DNA of 64,000 nucleotides, taken from the NCBI RefSeq assembly GCF_004010195.1, contig NC_057719.1:50643008-50707007 (forward strand), given 5' to 3'. The position numbers were made by a program, and so were the translations under genes. Of the stretch, positions 24,888 through 38,273 are shown in pieces (within the stretch, counting starts at the first letter, position 1; each line of letters begins with the position of its first letter). The stretch is from Chiloscyllium plagiosum. Lineage: Eukaryota. Below the pieces are notes generated by a model. That model saw only the letters and a list, made by a program, of their open reading frames with translations, was not told where the DNA came from and did no database searches.

Positions 24888-27529
24888 TTGTGTACTGTAT
24901 TGCATAGTATTACTGCAGTTGCATAACATTCATGAGCCAGTGGAACCGCATAAATTTTCAAGTGGAGGAGAAAGAGAAAACAACTTCCACTAGTCAGGAA
25001 ACTGCCTATTTAATTCAGAAAAGGCAAGTGTGGTTTCTAGTTGAGTCACAATTTGGGGTGGGGAAAGAAGCAGTTGATTGTTTCAATAGGCACAGTTCAG
25101 AGTTCAGGAGTAATCCAAGTGGCTGTTTTCTTGATACACAATGTGACTGTAACTGAATACAACGGATGTAAATGATTGTTTTGCATTAGTCTTGAGAGAT
25201 GGATTTAGATCCTGAAATCAGTTGTAAACTGCTGGCTTGCGAATGAAGGAAAAACATGCATTAGTAAATTTTTATTCTGAGCAGTCAAGCATTGCCAACT
25301 TGAGTTCAGGGCATTGGTATCGATGGATTGGGTTAAGGGGCTTTTAGAAAAGGGATTTGCCTTTGAAGATTTTAGTAGGAGATGGCTGCTGACATTTCCA
25401 TGGCTTAAAAGGTCAATGTGTCTTCAAGAAATGCATGTGTAGTTCTGCCAACACTTAAAATCAGAGAAAAAATGGTCTAATTGCTAAGTTTTTTTTATCT
25501 GCCTGAGAACTTTTGCTTTCATACTTTGTACAAAACCTGAGACAAACCAACATACAATAGCATTGATTTATTCTCCTAGCAGACTTGTCTGCCCATGCCT
25601 CGGCTTGATTTAAATTCTGCTGCATTCGTTTCATTTTTATTTGAAGGCAAATAATACTTTTGAAGTCTGACCTTTTGAATTCTCCAAACAGCTCAGTGTG
25701 AAAATATCCAGGTTGCTGTTCTTTAGCACTGTGGGGGCACACTGACAGAATCTATGAAATGACAATTTGTAACTGAAGTTCTCTGTTGAAACTACTAGGA
25801 ATGTTTTTATTCTGCACACATTAATCCATTTTTCTTCTTTGGAATGCATACGTGAAGCATCCAAGATCAAAACTGAAATGTTGTGACCAATAACCAATAA
25901 TGATTTTTGTAGTCATGAATTTTGCTTGTATTTCTGAGCTTTCAGTTATATTTGTATCTGTGACATTAAATAAACATGTATCCTGTTGGCTACATAATAT
26001 GAATAGCACAGCAGAGAAGGAACATTTACTGTAAATATGCTTTGCATGAAAACCAATCTTTAACTTGATTTCTCTTTTTAAAAAAAAAAGGGAGAAAAAT
26101 ATATTTAAATGAAAGCCAAGTGTACTTACCTGAGCACTATGGATGATTTCTCAAGTTCTTTCTACTGCTCATTGATTTTAAAGCGGTTTAATGCAGTTCT
26201 CTTTCTTCATTATTCTCTCAACCAACTTGACTTCTCCGCTCACCCAACCCAGCAAGAAGGTATTTCTAGTTATGTACTGAATAATAATCTGCTGTTGGGA
26301 AATGTGCAGATTGTAAGCCATCTAGACTTATACTCTCTTCTCCACCTAATCCTTATCAGTGCCTTCTGTCAAGTTCTTCTGCAGAAGTCAGGATCATATG
26401 AACAGAATTAGGGCATTTAGACCATAAGACATAGCAATATTCCATTGAATCTGCCATTTATCTCTTTAAAACTTGTTCTGCCAATCAGTTAAATTATGGC
26501 TTATCTACTTCTTAAGTCAACATGTCTACTTTTGCCCTATATCCTTTCAAATTTTTTAAACTTCCAAACTTTAACTAATACAAACCTAGTTTAAATAATC
26601 TAAATATGCAAAGAGACTGATGGATGATGTAATATAGGTATTTAAAATTATGAAAGCTCTTAATAGACTGATTGCAAAGAAAATGTATTGTGTAAAAAAG
26701 TGTAACTGGAGGCCATCAAACCAAGCCATCAAGAAATCTAGAGGGAATTCTGAATTCTTAATACAAAGTGCTGAGATTGTGGAACTTACTGCCACATAAA
26801 GTAGTTGAAGCAAATACCTTGGATATATTCAGGGGGAAGCCAGACACTCATATCAGCAGAAGGGAATAGAAGGCTTTTCACGGTAGATTGAGATGAAGAA
26901 AGCAGGAAGGAGGCTCGAATGGATCAAAATCACCAGTATGGACCAATTGAGCAAAATCATATGTTTCAGCATTGGTATCTTATGAAATCCATAAGACATA
27001 GAAACAGAAATTATATCATGAGGTCCATTGCGTCTGCTCCACCATTCAGTCATGGCTGATAAGTTTCTCAACCCCGTTCTCTCGCTTTCTCCTCGTAACC
27101 CTTGATCCCCTTGATACTCAAGAACCTATCTATCTCAGTTTTAAATATACTCAATGACCTGGCCTCCACAGCCTTCTGTGGCAATGAATTCCATAGGTTC
27201 ACCACTGTCTGGCTGAAGTTCCTCCTTGTCTCTGTTCGAAAAGGTCTTCCCTTTACTCTAAGGCTGTGCATCCAATGTGATCACGACTTCATAATTGCGA
27301 TAGATGTCTGTGTGGTGCCCAGAACACTGTCAGAACTAAAGTGTGGTCTAATCAGGGATTTGGATAGCTGCATCATAACTTTTCCTTTATTGTTTTTGAG
27401 TTCTCTGGATAGACAGGTTATAATTGCATTAGCCTTTTTAAAATTATTTTCTGGACTTGTGCATTTTATGACCAATGAGTCTGGATCTCCAAGTTTCTTT
27501 CAACTTCCATGGTAAAAACTTTAAAATAA

Positions 27530-27878
27530 TTTAGAATTAGAATAACTGCAGTGTGGAAACAGGCCTTTCGGCCCAATAAGTTCACACCGACCCTTCAAAG
27601 AGTAACCCACCCAGACCCATTCCCTTACCCTGTATTTATCCCTGACTAATGCTCCTAACCTACACATCCCTGAATACTAAGGACAGTTTACCATGGCCAA
27701 TTCACCTAACCTGCACATCTTTGGATTGTGGGAGGAAACTGGAGCACCCGGAGGAAACTCATGCAGACATGGGGAGAATGTGCAAACTCATCACAGACAG
27801 TCACCCGAGGCTAGAATTGAACCCGGGTCCTTAGCACTGTGAGGCAGCAGTGCTAACCACTGAGCAACCGTGCCACCC
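27530..27878 (-). mobile_element. HE1-like V-SINE, full length
   Basis: Reverse complement of a head, V-domain and tail like 21549-21871. Confidence 0.93.
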
Positions 27879-28331
27879 TAAAGGTACTCTACTCTATCCT
27901 CTTTTAGATTCAAAGTGGATTTCACACTTTATTGCATTGAAATCTATTTGTCACTGTTTTGCCCACTCACCGAATCTGTTTCTAACCTAATCTAATCTTG
28001 GCTCACACTGTCATGTATCGTTCAAGAGTTTGAGCTATTGGTGGAGGCTGAATAGGCTGGGGCTATTTTTGCTGGAATGTTGATGGCTGTGGAATGACCT
28101 TCAAGAAGCTCATAAAATCATGGGTGGCATGGATAGGGTGAAAGGTCAAGGTCTTTTTCCCAGTGCAAGGGAGTTCAAAACCAGAGGGCATAGGTTTAAG
28201 GTGAGAGGGGAAAGATTTAAACAAGACCTGAGGGACTACGTTTTCACGCAGAGGGTGGCGCGTGTGTGGAATGAACTGCCAGAGGAAGTAGTGGAGGCTG
28301 GTACAATTACAGTATTTAAAAGGATCAATAT

Positions 28332-28737
28332 TTTCAAAGTCTGTGAGAAGATTTGTAGCTCGGATGCTCGTTGTTGTGATTCTGTTCACCGAGCTGGGAA
28401 TTTGTGTTGCAGACGTTTCGTCCCCTGTCTAGGTGACATCCTCAGTGCTTGGGAGCCTCCTGTGAAGCGCTTTCGTATGTGGCGCTTAGGCAGTTGGCAC
28501 AGGATTCCCATTTCCTGGCTTGTATTAGCTTCTCTCGCCCGTAGGTGTTCAAAGTCTGTGAGAAGATTTGTAGCTCGGCTGCTCATTGTTGTGGTTCTGT
28601 TCGCCGAGCTGGGAATTTGTGTTGCAGACATTTCGTCCCCTTCACAGGAGGCTCCCAAGCACTAAGGATGTCACCAAGACAGGGGACGAAACGTCTGCAA
28701 CACAAATTCCTAGCTCGGCGAACAGAACCACAACAAC
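28332..28737. mobile_element. Penelope-like element (family P2): tandem plus inverted pseudo-LTR pieces with an 11-bp target-site duplication (TSD)
   Basis: AGGATCAATAT at 28321-28331 and 28738-28748. Two minus-strand repeat units, then an inverted unit. Contains hammerhead motifs. Confidence 0.85.
28409..28448 (-). ncRNA. Minimal type I hammerhead ribozyme motif (P2), intact core
   Basis: Minus strand reads GCA-CUGAGGA-U-GUCACCU-AGAC-AGGGGAC-GAAA-CG-UC^UGC. Stem I is GCA/UGC, stem II pairs 6/7, and a palindromic ACGU replaces helix III. Confidence 0.75.
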
Positions 28738-28879
28738 AGGATCAATATGTGAATAAGAAAGGTTTGGAAAGATATAGGCAAATGCTGGCAAATGGGGCTA
28801 GATTAATTTTGGATGTCTGGTCAGCATGGACAAGTTGGACTGAAGGGTCTGTTTCCATGTAAGATGTTTCTATGATACT

Positions 28880-31800
28880 ATCTACCCTTGTATCAATGAC
28901 AGCATTTAACTGATTGTGGCATCAATGAGCCCAAGCAAAACTGGAATCATTCTGGAAAAGTTGTCCATTAATTGACATCATACATAGCACTAAACAAGAT
29001 GGTTGTGATTGTTGGAAATGAATCATCCGAAGAGAAGAGAAGACTACTAGATAATGAGGTGGAAACTGGAGACTGTAACAATCACGAAGTTAGCATTACC
29101 ATGGGGAAGAGTAGGCAGAGAGCAGATGAACGCAAAAGAACTGGTAGCTTGAAATGTATATACTTTAATGCAAGGAGTATCGTGGGTAAGGCAAATGAAC
29201 TTAGGGCTTGGACTGGGTGCCTGGGAGTATGATGTTATTGTGATCACAGAGACTTGGTTGAAGGAAGGGCATGATTGGCAACTAAATGTTCCAGGATATG
29301 GATGCTTCAGACAGGGAGGGAAGTAAAAGGGGGGAGAGGAGTTGCATTGCTGGTCAGGGATGATATCACGACTGTGCTAAAGGAGGACACTATGGTGGTC
29401 TTGGGTAGTGAGGCATTATGGGTGGAGCTGAGAAATAAGGGTGCAGTTACTACAGGCCTCCCAACACTCAACATGAGGTAGAAGAACAAATAGGTAAACA
29501 GATTATAGAAAGATGTACAGGCAACAGGGTGGTGGTGATGGGAGATTTTAATTTTCCCAACATTGACTGGGATAAACTTAGTATCAGAGGTCTAGATGGG
29601 GCACAACGAGGCAAGGGGCCATATTGGACCTGGTGTTGGGGAATGAGCCAGGCCAGGTGGTAGAAGTTGCAGTGGGGATTTCTTTGGGAGTAGTGACCAC
29701 AATTCTGTAAGTTTGAGAATACTCATAGACAAAGATGAGAGTGGTCCTAAGGGACAAGTACTAAACTGGACCAAGGCCAATTATTTCAACATCAGGCAGG
29801 AGCCGGGAAATGTGGATTGGACACAGCTATTTGAAGGAAAATCCACATCTGATGTGTGAGAGGCTTTCAAAGATAGGTTGAAGATAGTGCAGCATAGGCA
29901 CGTCCCTTTGAAAACAAGGGATAGGAAAGGCAAGATTTGTGAACTGTGGATGGCAGGAGAAATTGTGTGACTAGCCAAGAGCAAAAGGGAAGTGTGCATA
30001 AAATCCAGACAGCTAAGAACAGAATGGACCTTGGAGGAATATCGGGAGAGTAGGACCAATCTTAAACGAGGAATCAAGGGGGCTAAAAGGGGTCATGAAA
30101 TAACTTTAGCTAGCAGAATTAAGGAGAATCCCAAGACCTTTTATTCGTATATAAGAAACAGGAAAGTAACCCGAGAAAGGGTTGGTCCACTAAAGGATAA
30201 GGAAGGAAGGTTGTGTATTGAACCTGAGAAAATAGATGAGATTCTCAATGATTACTTTGCATCAGTATTCACTGAGAAATGGGAGGTGATGAATGCCGAG
30301 ATTAGAGACAGAAGTTTGTTTACTCTGGATCACGTTGACATAAGGAGGGAAGATGTGTTGGGTAGGCTAAAGGATATTCAGATGGTCAAATCCCCAGGTC
30401 CAGATGGGATCTATTCCAAGTTGCTGAGGGAGACGAGAGAGGAAATAGCTAGGGCCCTGACAGATATCTTTGTAGGATCCTTAAATATAGATGAGGTGCC
30501 AGAGGACTGGAGGGTTGCTCATGTTGTCCCCCTGTACAAGAAGGGTAGTAGGGATATTCTAGGTAACTGCAGATCAGTGAGCCTGAAGTCAGTGGTGGGA
30601 AAGTTGCTGGAGAAGGTACTGAGGGATAGGATCTATTTATATTTGGAAAAGAATGGGCTTATCAGTGATAGGCAACATGGTTTTGTGCGGGGTAGATCGT
30701 GCCTTACCAACTTAACAGAGTTCTTTGAGTAAGTGACCAAGTTGATAGATGAAGGAAGGGCTGTAGATGTCATATACATGGACTTTAGTAAGGCATTTGA
30801 TAAGGTTCCCCATGGTAAACTAGTGTAGAAAGTAAAGTCACATGGTTTGCAGGGTGTTCTAGCTAGCTGGATAAAGAACTGGTTAAGCAACAGGAGAAAG
30901 AGTAGTAGTAGTTGAAGGGAGTTTCTTGAAATGGAGAAAGGTGACCAGTGGTGTTCCACAGGGATCAGTGCTGGGGCCACTGCCCTAACTGTGATATACA
31001 TAAATGATCTCGAAGTTTGCAGACGACGCGACAATTGGTGGAGTAGCAGAAAGCATTGGGGACTGCCAAAGAATACAGGAGAATATAGATAGACTGGAGA
31101 GTTGGGTGGAGAAGTGGCCGATGGAGTTCAATTCAGGTAAATGTTAGGTGATCAATTTTGTGAAGTTAATTCTACAGCAAACTATACTGTAAATGAAAGA
31201 GCCTTGGGAAAAGTTGATGAGCAGAGAGATCTGGGAGTTCAGTTCCATTGTACCCTGAAGGTGGCTGCACAGGTGGATAGAGTGGTCAAGAAGGCATATG
31301 GTATGCTTGCCTTCATCAGACGGGGTATTGAGTGTAAGAACTGGCAGGTCATGTTAAAATTGTACAAGACATTAGTTCGGCTGCATTTAGAATACTGTGT
31401 ACAGTCTGGTCGCTACATTACCAAAAGGGTGTGGAAGCTTTGGAGAGGGTGCAGAGAAAATTCACGAGGATGTTGCCTGGTATAGAAGGTACTAGCTATG
31501 AAGAGAAGTTGAGTAGGTTAGGATTGTTTTCATTAGAAAAAAGGAGATTGAGGTCTACAAAATCATGGAGGGTATAGATAATAGAGATAAGCTTTTTCCC
31601 AGGGTAAGGGATTCAATAACAAGAGGTCATGTGTTGAAGATGAAAGGTGAAAAGTTTAAGGGGTATTATGCAGCAAGTACTTTACACAGATGGTGGTAGG
31701 TGCCTGCAACAAGTTGCCAGCTGAGGTAGTTGAGGCAGGCATGGTAGATTCATTTAAGGTGCGTCTGGACAAATGCATGAATAGGTGGGGAGTAGAGGGA

Positions 31801-32700
31801 TACAGATGCTTAGGAATTAGGTGATAGGTTTAGACAGTGGATTTGGATCGGCTCAGGCTTGGAGGGCCGAAGTGCCTGCTCCTGGACTGTAAATTTTCTT
31901 TGTTCTTTGTACTTTGAATCCAGTGTCATCACTGCAGGAGTTGCGAAGGGTAGTATGTGAAGTCCAACTAGTATACAAGTGCCCAAAGAATAACCAAAAG
32001 GAGAGAATCTATCCATCCTCAAATGGCGCTCAATGACATTATTATCAATAGATCCCCCATTATGGAGGTTGCAATTGATCAAAATCTCTACTGGATCAGA
32101 CATATGAATACTGTGACTAGAAAAGCAGGTTAAGAGTCTTGGAATTGGCAAGTAACTGACCTCCTGTCTCCCCAATGCCTGTTCGCCATCTATAAGTCAC
32201 AAGTATGACAAAATACTCTCTACTTACCAGCTTCAATAACATTCAAGCCATCCAGGGCAAAGCAGTCTGCTTGTTTGGCACCCCAGTCACCACTTTAAAT
32301 GTTTACTCTCTTCATCACAAATGCACAGTAGCAGCAATGTGTATCACCTCCAAGTTACAGTACAATAACTCACCAAGGCTGCTTTTACAATTCTTTCCAA
32401 ACCACAATCTATGCAAGCGAGAAGGACAAGTGCAACAAAATCATGGAACACCACTTTGGCAATTTCCCCTCCAAGCCCCACCCATCCTCTCTTGGCACTA
32501 TGTTACAATCCTTTTGTTGTCGTTAAGTCAAAATCCTGGGACTCCCTTCCTGATAGCCCTTTGGGTGTCCTACATCCAAAGAACTGCAATGAGTCAAGAA
32601 GACAGCTCACTGCCAACTTTTGTAGGGCAGTTGGGGATGGACTATTACTGCTGGCTCAGCTAGTGACATAAATATTCTATGAATACATTTAAAAAAAGAT
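28880..32700 (+). mobile_element. LINE-B RT/3' remnant split by a CR1 insertion
   Basis: 28880-29027 and 31918-32700 are collinear with the uninterrupted copy at 42555-43690. Confidence 0.8.
29028..31915 (+). mobile_element. CR1 LINE, 5'-truncated, ORF2 remnant and 3' tail
   Basis: LKCIYFNARS, a 246-aa ORF 29992-30732 (KSPGPDGI...QHGFVRGRSCLTNL), LVRLHLEYC. Ends in a (TTCTTTG)-like tail. Confidence 0.95.
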
Positions 32701-33781
32701 AAAATTAAACTTTCATCTGCAACAAGCTATAATGACTAGATGAACATGTATTGCTACTAACTTGTCTTAATTATACAATTTTGAGGTTGTAATCTTGGAA
32801 AAAGAATTGTCAGTGCCCTAATTGTGAATCTGACAGTGACAGCTGAAAGCCTCACATTCAAAGTTAAATATGGAAATCTCAAATATCACTTTAATGACTT
32901 GAACTTCCACTTTTTGTGCCATTAGTCTCACTGAAAATATCTTTGAAAAGTTATGTTGTGTTGAATGAGTTATAACTAGCTTTTAATAGCATGTCAGCAT
33001 TATTATTACTGACTACACCTCTGGCCTTGAAATCTAATTTTATATGTATTGCATATAAAAGTTCTCCAGTATGATAAACATGTCATGGATTTAAAAATGA
33101 CATTTTTAAAGTTTGATATTTCAACTTCTGCTGTCGTCCCATATATATTTATTTTGATCCTTGTTAAATGATTAAAAACGATCAGTGCTTTGTCATTCCT
33201 GATTAGCTGTCTGTCAGCATTCTTTAGTGTGATTGACTGCTTAACCTGTTTGATGACAATCTTGTTGCTTGATGCCAAGCATCCCTCATAGTTGACACCA
33301 ATAATTTGTTACATGTTGTGGATGGCTTTCTATAAAGTAACAAGTGCCAGCCTTTTTATTGATTACCTCAAATCCAGACCAATAAATTTGGAGTATATTT
33401 AATATATTGTCTATATTATACGCATTAGGAAAAAAATTAACAAAAACGAATTGACTAATTAGTAAAGATAACTAAAAAAAAGTTAAAATGGTATTAAAAC
33501 ATTCCGATGTCAGCAGAACGATCTACGTAAATTTGCCAATAAATTTAACTGCATATTTGGGCAGCTTCATTCTGCAGTAGCTCAAAATATTTGTTTCATA
33601 TTAAAAACGACTTAGTCATTCATGAAAAAACATAAGCAGAGTGCCTCAATTTCTACCACCTTTGCAATGGTTATGATTATAGTATCATCTTTAAAATTGT
33701 GCTGATCTGTAGGGGTTAATACATATCAGTATGCAACTGATGTCAGTTTTCAGATGGTGAATGTCATTTGCTTCTTTTTAG

Positions 33782-33938
33782 CTGTGGCAACCTGCTGACT
33801 GAATCGTTTACAGCCTTTGTAGCCCCCTCTAGGGGTTCTGGATCAGCAGCTAGCAAAGCCAGCCCAGCTGTACAGAGAGCCACTGATGTGCTGCATGACC
33901 TTGGCAAACTGAAGAGAGAAATGCATGGAATTCTACAG
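33782..33938 (+). CDS. KIAA0586: Internal exon of TALPID3
   Basis: Acceptor cttctttttag| and donor CAG|gtaatg. 157 nt, phase 2 to phase 0. Encodes CGNLLTESFTAFVAPSRGSGSAASKASPAVQRATDVLHDLGKLKREMHGILQ. DVLHDLG matches the motif remembered upstream of the conserved TALPID3 region. Confidence 0.85.
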
Positions 33939-34633
33939 GTAATGACACATTTGCAAGCAAGTTGTTGGAAATCACAGCCTTTTGCTACAAATACAAATAG
34001 AGGAATTTGAATTGCAAATGCAAAAAAGTACATTGAAATTTTATACAGAATAATAGTTGGTCAGGTACAGTAAGAAATAAGATCATGAAGTGAAATTAAA
34101 ATGGAAAATACTGAATAGACTCCCCAGATATGTTAGTATTGGGCAAATGAGGAAAGGAAATGAACATTTTAGGTCAGATATCTATAATGGCATTTGTCAT
34201 TAAGTATATTTTGTTCCCTCCACAGATACTGCCACACCCACTGAGTGTTTCTAGCATGGTCTGTTTTACTTCCAGATTTCTAACATCTACTGTCATGAAT
34301 GTAACTATAAGCCTCCAAATCCAACAAATAACAAATCCCCAAGGCACTTTATTCACATTTGTAGTTGATCACTTGGCTAATTGTTATTTTGGAGAAAAGA
34401 AATACTGTGTTATGTTATTTGATGGAATTTACTTACAATGCAGGAATATACATTAATTTGCACTTATAGTTTATCTCCATGAGTCTGTTTATGAAAATGA
34501 TTTGCATAATGAGTTGAGTGGATAATACCTGGTAATATAGAGCTTGAGTATGTGATAGCACTAGTGTCACCCTGGTCCTTGAAATGCAGAAATATAGCAA
34601 AATAATTTGGCGTTCATAGGGAAAACAATAGCT

Positions 34634-34993
34634 GGGAGGCGATGGCTTACTGGTTTGAACTGTTAATTCAGAGACCTGGATAATGATCCTGGAACCCGGG
34701 TTCGAATCCTGCCATGGCAGCCGATGAAATTTGAATTCAATAAATATCTGGAATTAAGAAGCTAATGATGACCATGAATCCGTTCCCGATTGTCGGAGAA
34801 AGCCCATTGGTTCACTCATGTCCTTTAGGGAAGAAAACTGCCATCCTTACCTGGTCTGGCCTACATGTGCCTACATGTGACTCCAGACCCACAGTAATGT
34901 GGTTGACTCTTAACTGCCCTCTGGGAAATTAGGGATGACCAATAAATGCTGCCTAGCCAACAATGCCCTCACCCCATGAACGAATAAAGAAAA
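34634..34993 (+). mobile_element. tRNA-headed SINE sharing both ends with LINE-B
   Basis: B box GGGTTCGAATCC near 34698-34709. Body matches 1975-2140. Tail (agggatgaccaataaatgctg...ccatgaacgaataaa) matches the LINE-B 3' end at 43620-43690. Confidence 0.8.
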
Positions 34994-35621
34994 GGTAAAA
35001 TGTGGCTTTGAGGGGGAAGAATGGTCAGTACCATATATAAAGTCATGAATAGAATGGTGCATAGTTAGGAGGGAGTTCCAAAGCAGTAATAAAATCAAGG
35101 GTTTGATAACACCTCATATGTTATCATATAAACAACTCAGGTAATTTATTTATACCATCTGAACTTCCATTTTGAATTATGCTTCCTTTACAAAAATACT
35201 TTATAAAAATAAATTATTTGGTTTTTATATACCTGGTGGAAACTTTAATTTTCCCGTGAAAAGCCTCATATGCCTATATCAGGGAATGGATTTTAAAAAC
35301 CGTTTTGTGATATTGCATAATACTAATCACAAATATCATTTTTTTTTGCAGGTAGATATTTAATCATGCGTAGCCTAATTAGTTTTGCTGAATAATGCAC
35401 GCAATTGCCTATGTCAGAGTCTTCCTCTGTTAGCTCTCTGGAGTTGTCAGATTGTTCACTTTACAATATTTTTGGCTAGAATTTGTCGTATTCATTTTGA
35501 TCCCATTCAATATTTTTCTTGCATTTTACCAGTATGAAAAGTTATATTGAAAGATATTGGAAATTTGCAGCACAAGCCATGCTTTGTCTTCTGTATAACA
35601 AAATGCCAACATCAGTTGGCA

Positions 35622-35975
35622 TCATAGAGTCATAGTGATGTACAACACGTAAATAGACCCTTCGGTCTAACCTGTCCGTGCCGACCAGATACCCTAAACT
35701 AATATATTCCATTTGCCAGCATTTGGCTAATAAGCCTCTACACCCTTCTATTTATATACACATCCAGATGCCTTTTAAATGTCGTTACTGTACTACTTCC
35801 TCTGCAGCTCACTCCATACACAGATCACCCTTTGTGTGAAAGGGTTGTCCCTTAGGTCTCTTTTAAATCTTTCCCTTCTCACACTAAACCTGTGCTTTCT
35901 AGTTCAGGTCCCCCCCACCCCCTCAGGGAAAAGGTGTTGATTTACCAAATCCATGCACCTCATGAATTTATAAAC
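35622..35975 (-). mobile_element. CR1 3' end fragment
   Basis: catagagtcatag tail. Similar to 40038-40196. Confidence 0.85.
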
Positions 35976-36010
35976 TTTATTTTAAGTTCCCATACTATAC
36001 ATTACGAAAT

Positions 36011-36360
36011 GGGCGGAATAGTGGCTCAGTGGTTATCACTGCTGTCTCTCAGCACCAGGGAGCTGGAGTCGATTCCAACCTCAGGTGACTGTCTGTTTGG
36101 AATTTGCACATTCTCCCCGGGTCTGTGTGGGTTTTCTCCAGGTGCTCCGGTTTCATCCCACATGTGCAGGTTAGGTGAATTGGCCATGCTAAATTGCCCC
36201 ATAGTGTTCAGGGATGTGTAACTTCAGTGCATTAGTTAGGGGGAATGTCGAGTAATAGGGTAGAGGAATGGGTCTGGGTAGGTTACTCTTCGGAGGGTCG
36301 GTGTGGACTTGTTGGGCCAAATGGCCTGTTTCGACACTATAGGGATTCTATGATTCTTCT
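36011..36360 (+). mobile_element. HE1-like V-SINE
   Basis: Head GGGCGGAATAGTGGCTCAGTGG, V-domain and tail. Confidence 0.9.
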
Positions 36361-36863
36361 ATGAAATAATGTTTTGACAAGACCATGCTTAAGTTAGGAA
36401 CACAATTAAATATTTGTATCTAAATTGGCATCACAATAAGGTTGCCCCTTCCATTTGCTGGCTATCTTCTGAAGCAAACTTCGTTAAATTTTTTTAAAAA
36501 GTTCACTTGTGGCATGCTGTTAGAAAGACCAGCATTTGTTGCCCATTCCTAACTGCCGTTAAACACTGGTGGTGATCAATCATCCATAACCAATGTCATC
36601 TGTGAGTCAGTACACCAGTGGTACTGTTAGAAGGAAGCCAATCAAGTCATCGTTGTCCTGGAAGGTTTTACAGAGTTAGACCTCACCTTGAACCTTGAAC
36701 CTTGTAGATCAGAGACAGAGTGTTGGGAGTCAGAAATATGTTGTACACCACAGAATGCACCTTCACTTTTAGGTATTGTGTTTACATGTTTTTTAAAACA
36801 TAATAATTTTGGGTTTGCATCATATTTTGAATCTTTGAGTTGTATTATTAATTCTTCCCATTT

Positions 36864-37047
36864 TTAGATTAGATTCTCTACAGTGTGGAAACAGGCCATT
36901 CAGCCCAATAAGTCCACATTTATCCTCTGAAGAGTAACCCACCCAGACACATTTCCATCTGACTAATGCACCTAATACTAAAGGCAATTTAGTATGGCCA
37001 ATTCACCTACACATCTTTGGACTGTGGGAGGAAACTGGAGCACCCGG
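36864..37047 (-). mobile_element. HE1-like V-SINE, 5'-truncated
   Basis: Tail and half of the V-domain on the minus strand. Confidence 0.85.
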
Positions 37048-37968
37048 TCTCAAAGATTCACAATAGTTAGAGAGTATAGAAGAATAACAAAGCCCAAAGA
37101 TTAATTTGATTTTCACATTTGAAAACATTTGAAGCATTAAAATCTATACACAGTACACAACATACTTTTCCAAAAGAACTTGCTGTGGGAACCATTCATT
37201 TCCATGTGAGGCATGAAGCAGACTTACCCTTGATGATTCATATGATGGGCTTGCTCGATCAGCTGATCTCCAAGCTGTACCAGCTTGTTCTTCCATGACT
37301 GAACCACATTTGTAGTTCTATAAATTGTTTGCAAAAGGATAAAGTTACAAATCATAAAATACTTCTGGAAGTTCTTTGACATTATAGACTGTCTTCTGTC
37401 AAATTAGGACCAGCAGTTAGGTTTTGAGGATTTAAATGTTAATAGATGTTTCCACCAAAGGAACTCAGTGAAGACTTTGCACCAAGTGAATTTTCTTAAA
37501 GTATCCTGAAGGAACTTAATCTATTAATTAATTGAAACTCAAATGATTGGTGTTTCATATCAATAAGTCACTTTACTTTTAGTTAATTAGCTTTTTTTAG
37601 TTTTATATTCTGAAATTTATCTTCAGATCAGATCAATAAGTGCACCACACACAACAGGAATTAAGCTTATTGAATGCCACAATTTTATCATTGAACTTAG
37701 TTGCTTTTGTTTTACTCAGATCTTGAGCGAGGTTCCCTAATTTGGTACCATTCCAGACGCAATACTCCAAATCATAAATTTTCCAGTTGATGAGTGATGA
37801 ATGGACTCCTTTTCATTCACACACTCCCTCGGTAGATTGCAACAAAGTTAACTTCGCAAATGATCCCTTTACTTGTGAATACCTGTTTCTCAGACCCAAA
37901 AGAACATTTGTTTTAAAAGGAGTCAACTTTAACCAGGTTTTCAGAATTAAATTTATTAATTGCTAATT

Positions 37969-38273
37969 GGGGCAGCACAGTGGCTCAGTAGTTAGCACTG
38001 TTGCCTCAGTGCCAGGGACCCAGGTTTGATTCCCGCCTCAGGCGACTATATGGAGTTTGCACATTCTCCCCGTGTCTGCATGGGTTTCCTCCGGGTGCTC
38101 CAGTTTCCTCCCACAATCCAAAGATGAGTAGGTGAATTGGCCATACTAAATTGCCCATATTGTTAGGTACATTAGTCAGATGGAAATGGGTCTGGGTGGG
38201 TTACTCTTCGGAGGGTAAATGTGGACTTACTGGGCTGAATGGCCTGTTTCCACACTGTAGAGAATCTAATCTA
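37969..38273 (+). mobile_element. HE1-like V-SINE
   Basis: Head, V-domain and aatctaatct tail. Confidence 0.92.

Larger units (their letters stand above)
26420..28880. mobile_element. Cluster of CR1 3' fragments in both orientations, with SINE and PLE insertions
   Basis: Plus strand about 26590-26990 and 28020-28880. Minus strand about 26990-27270 and 27290-28010. Motifs include VVNLWNSLPQKAVEA and ARVWNELPEEVVEA. Confidence 0.8.

Noticed and set aside
28332..28737. Repeat-spacer-repeat pattern superficially like a CRISPR array
   Set aside because: Eukaryotic context, long units with an inversion and a TSD. Explained as PLE pseudo-LTRs.
33754..33781. Alternative upstream acceptor (ttttcag|ATGGTG) for the 33782 exon
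   Set aside because: It would translate through the polypyrimidine tract. The downstream acceptor has the better tract and fits the phase of the upstream candidate exon.
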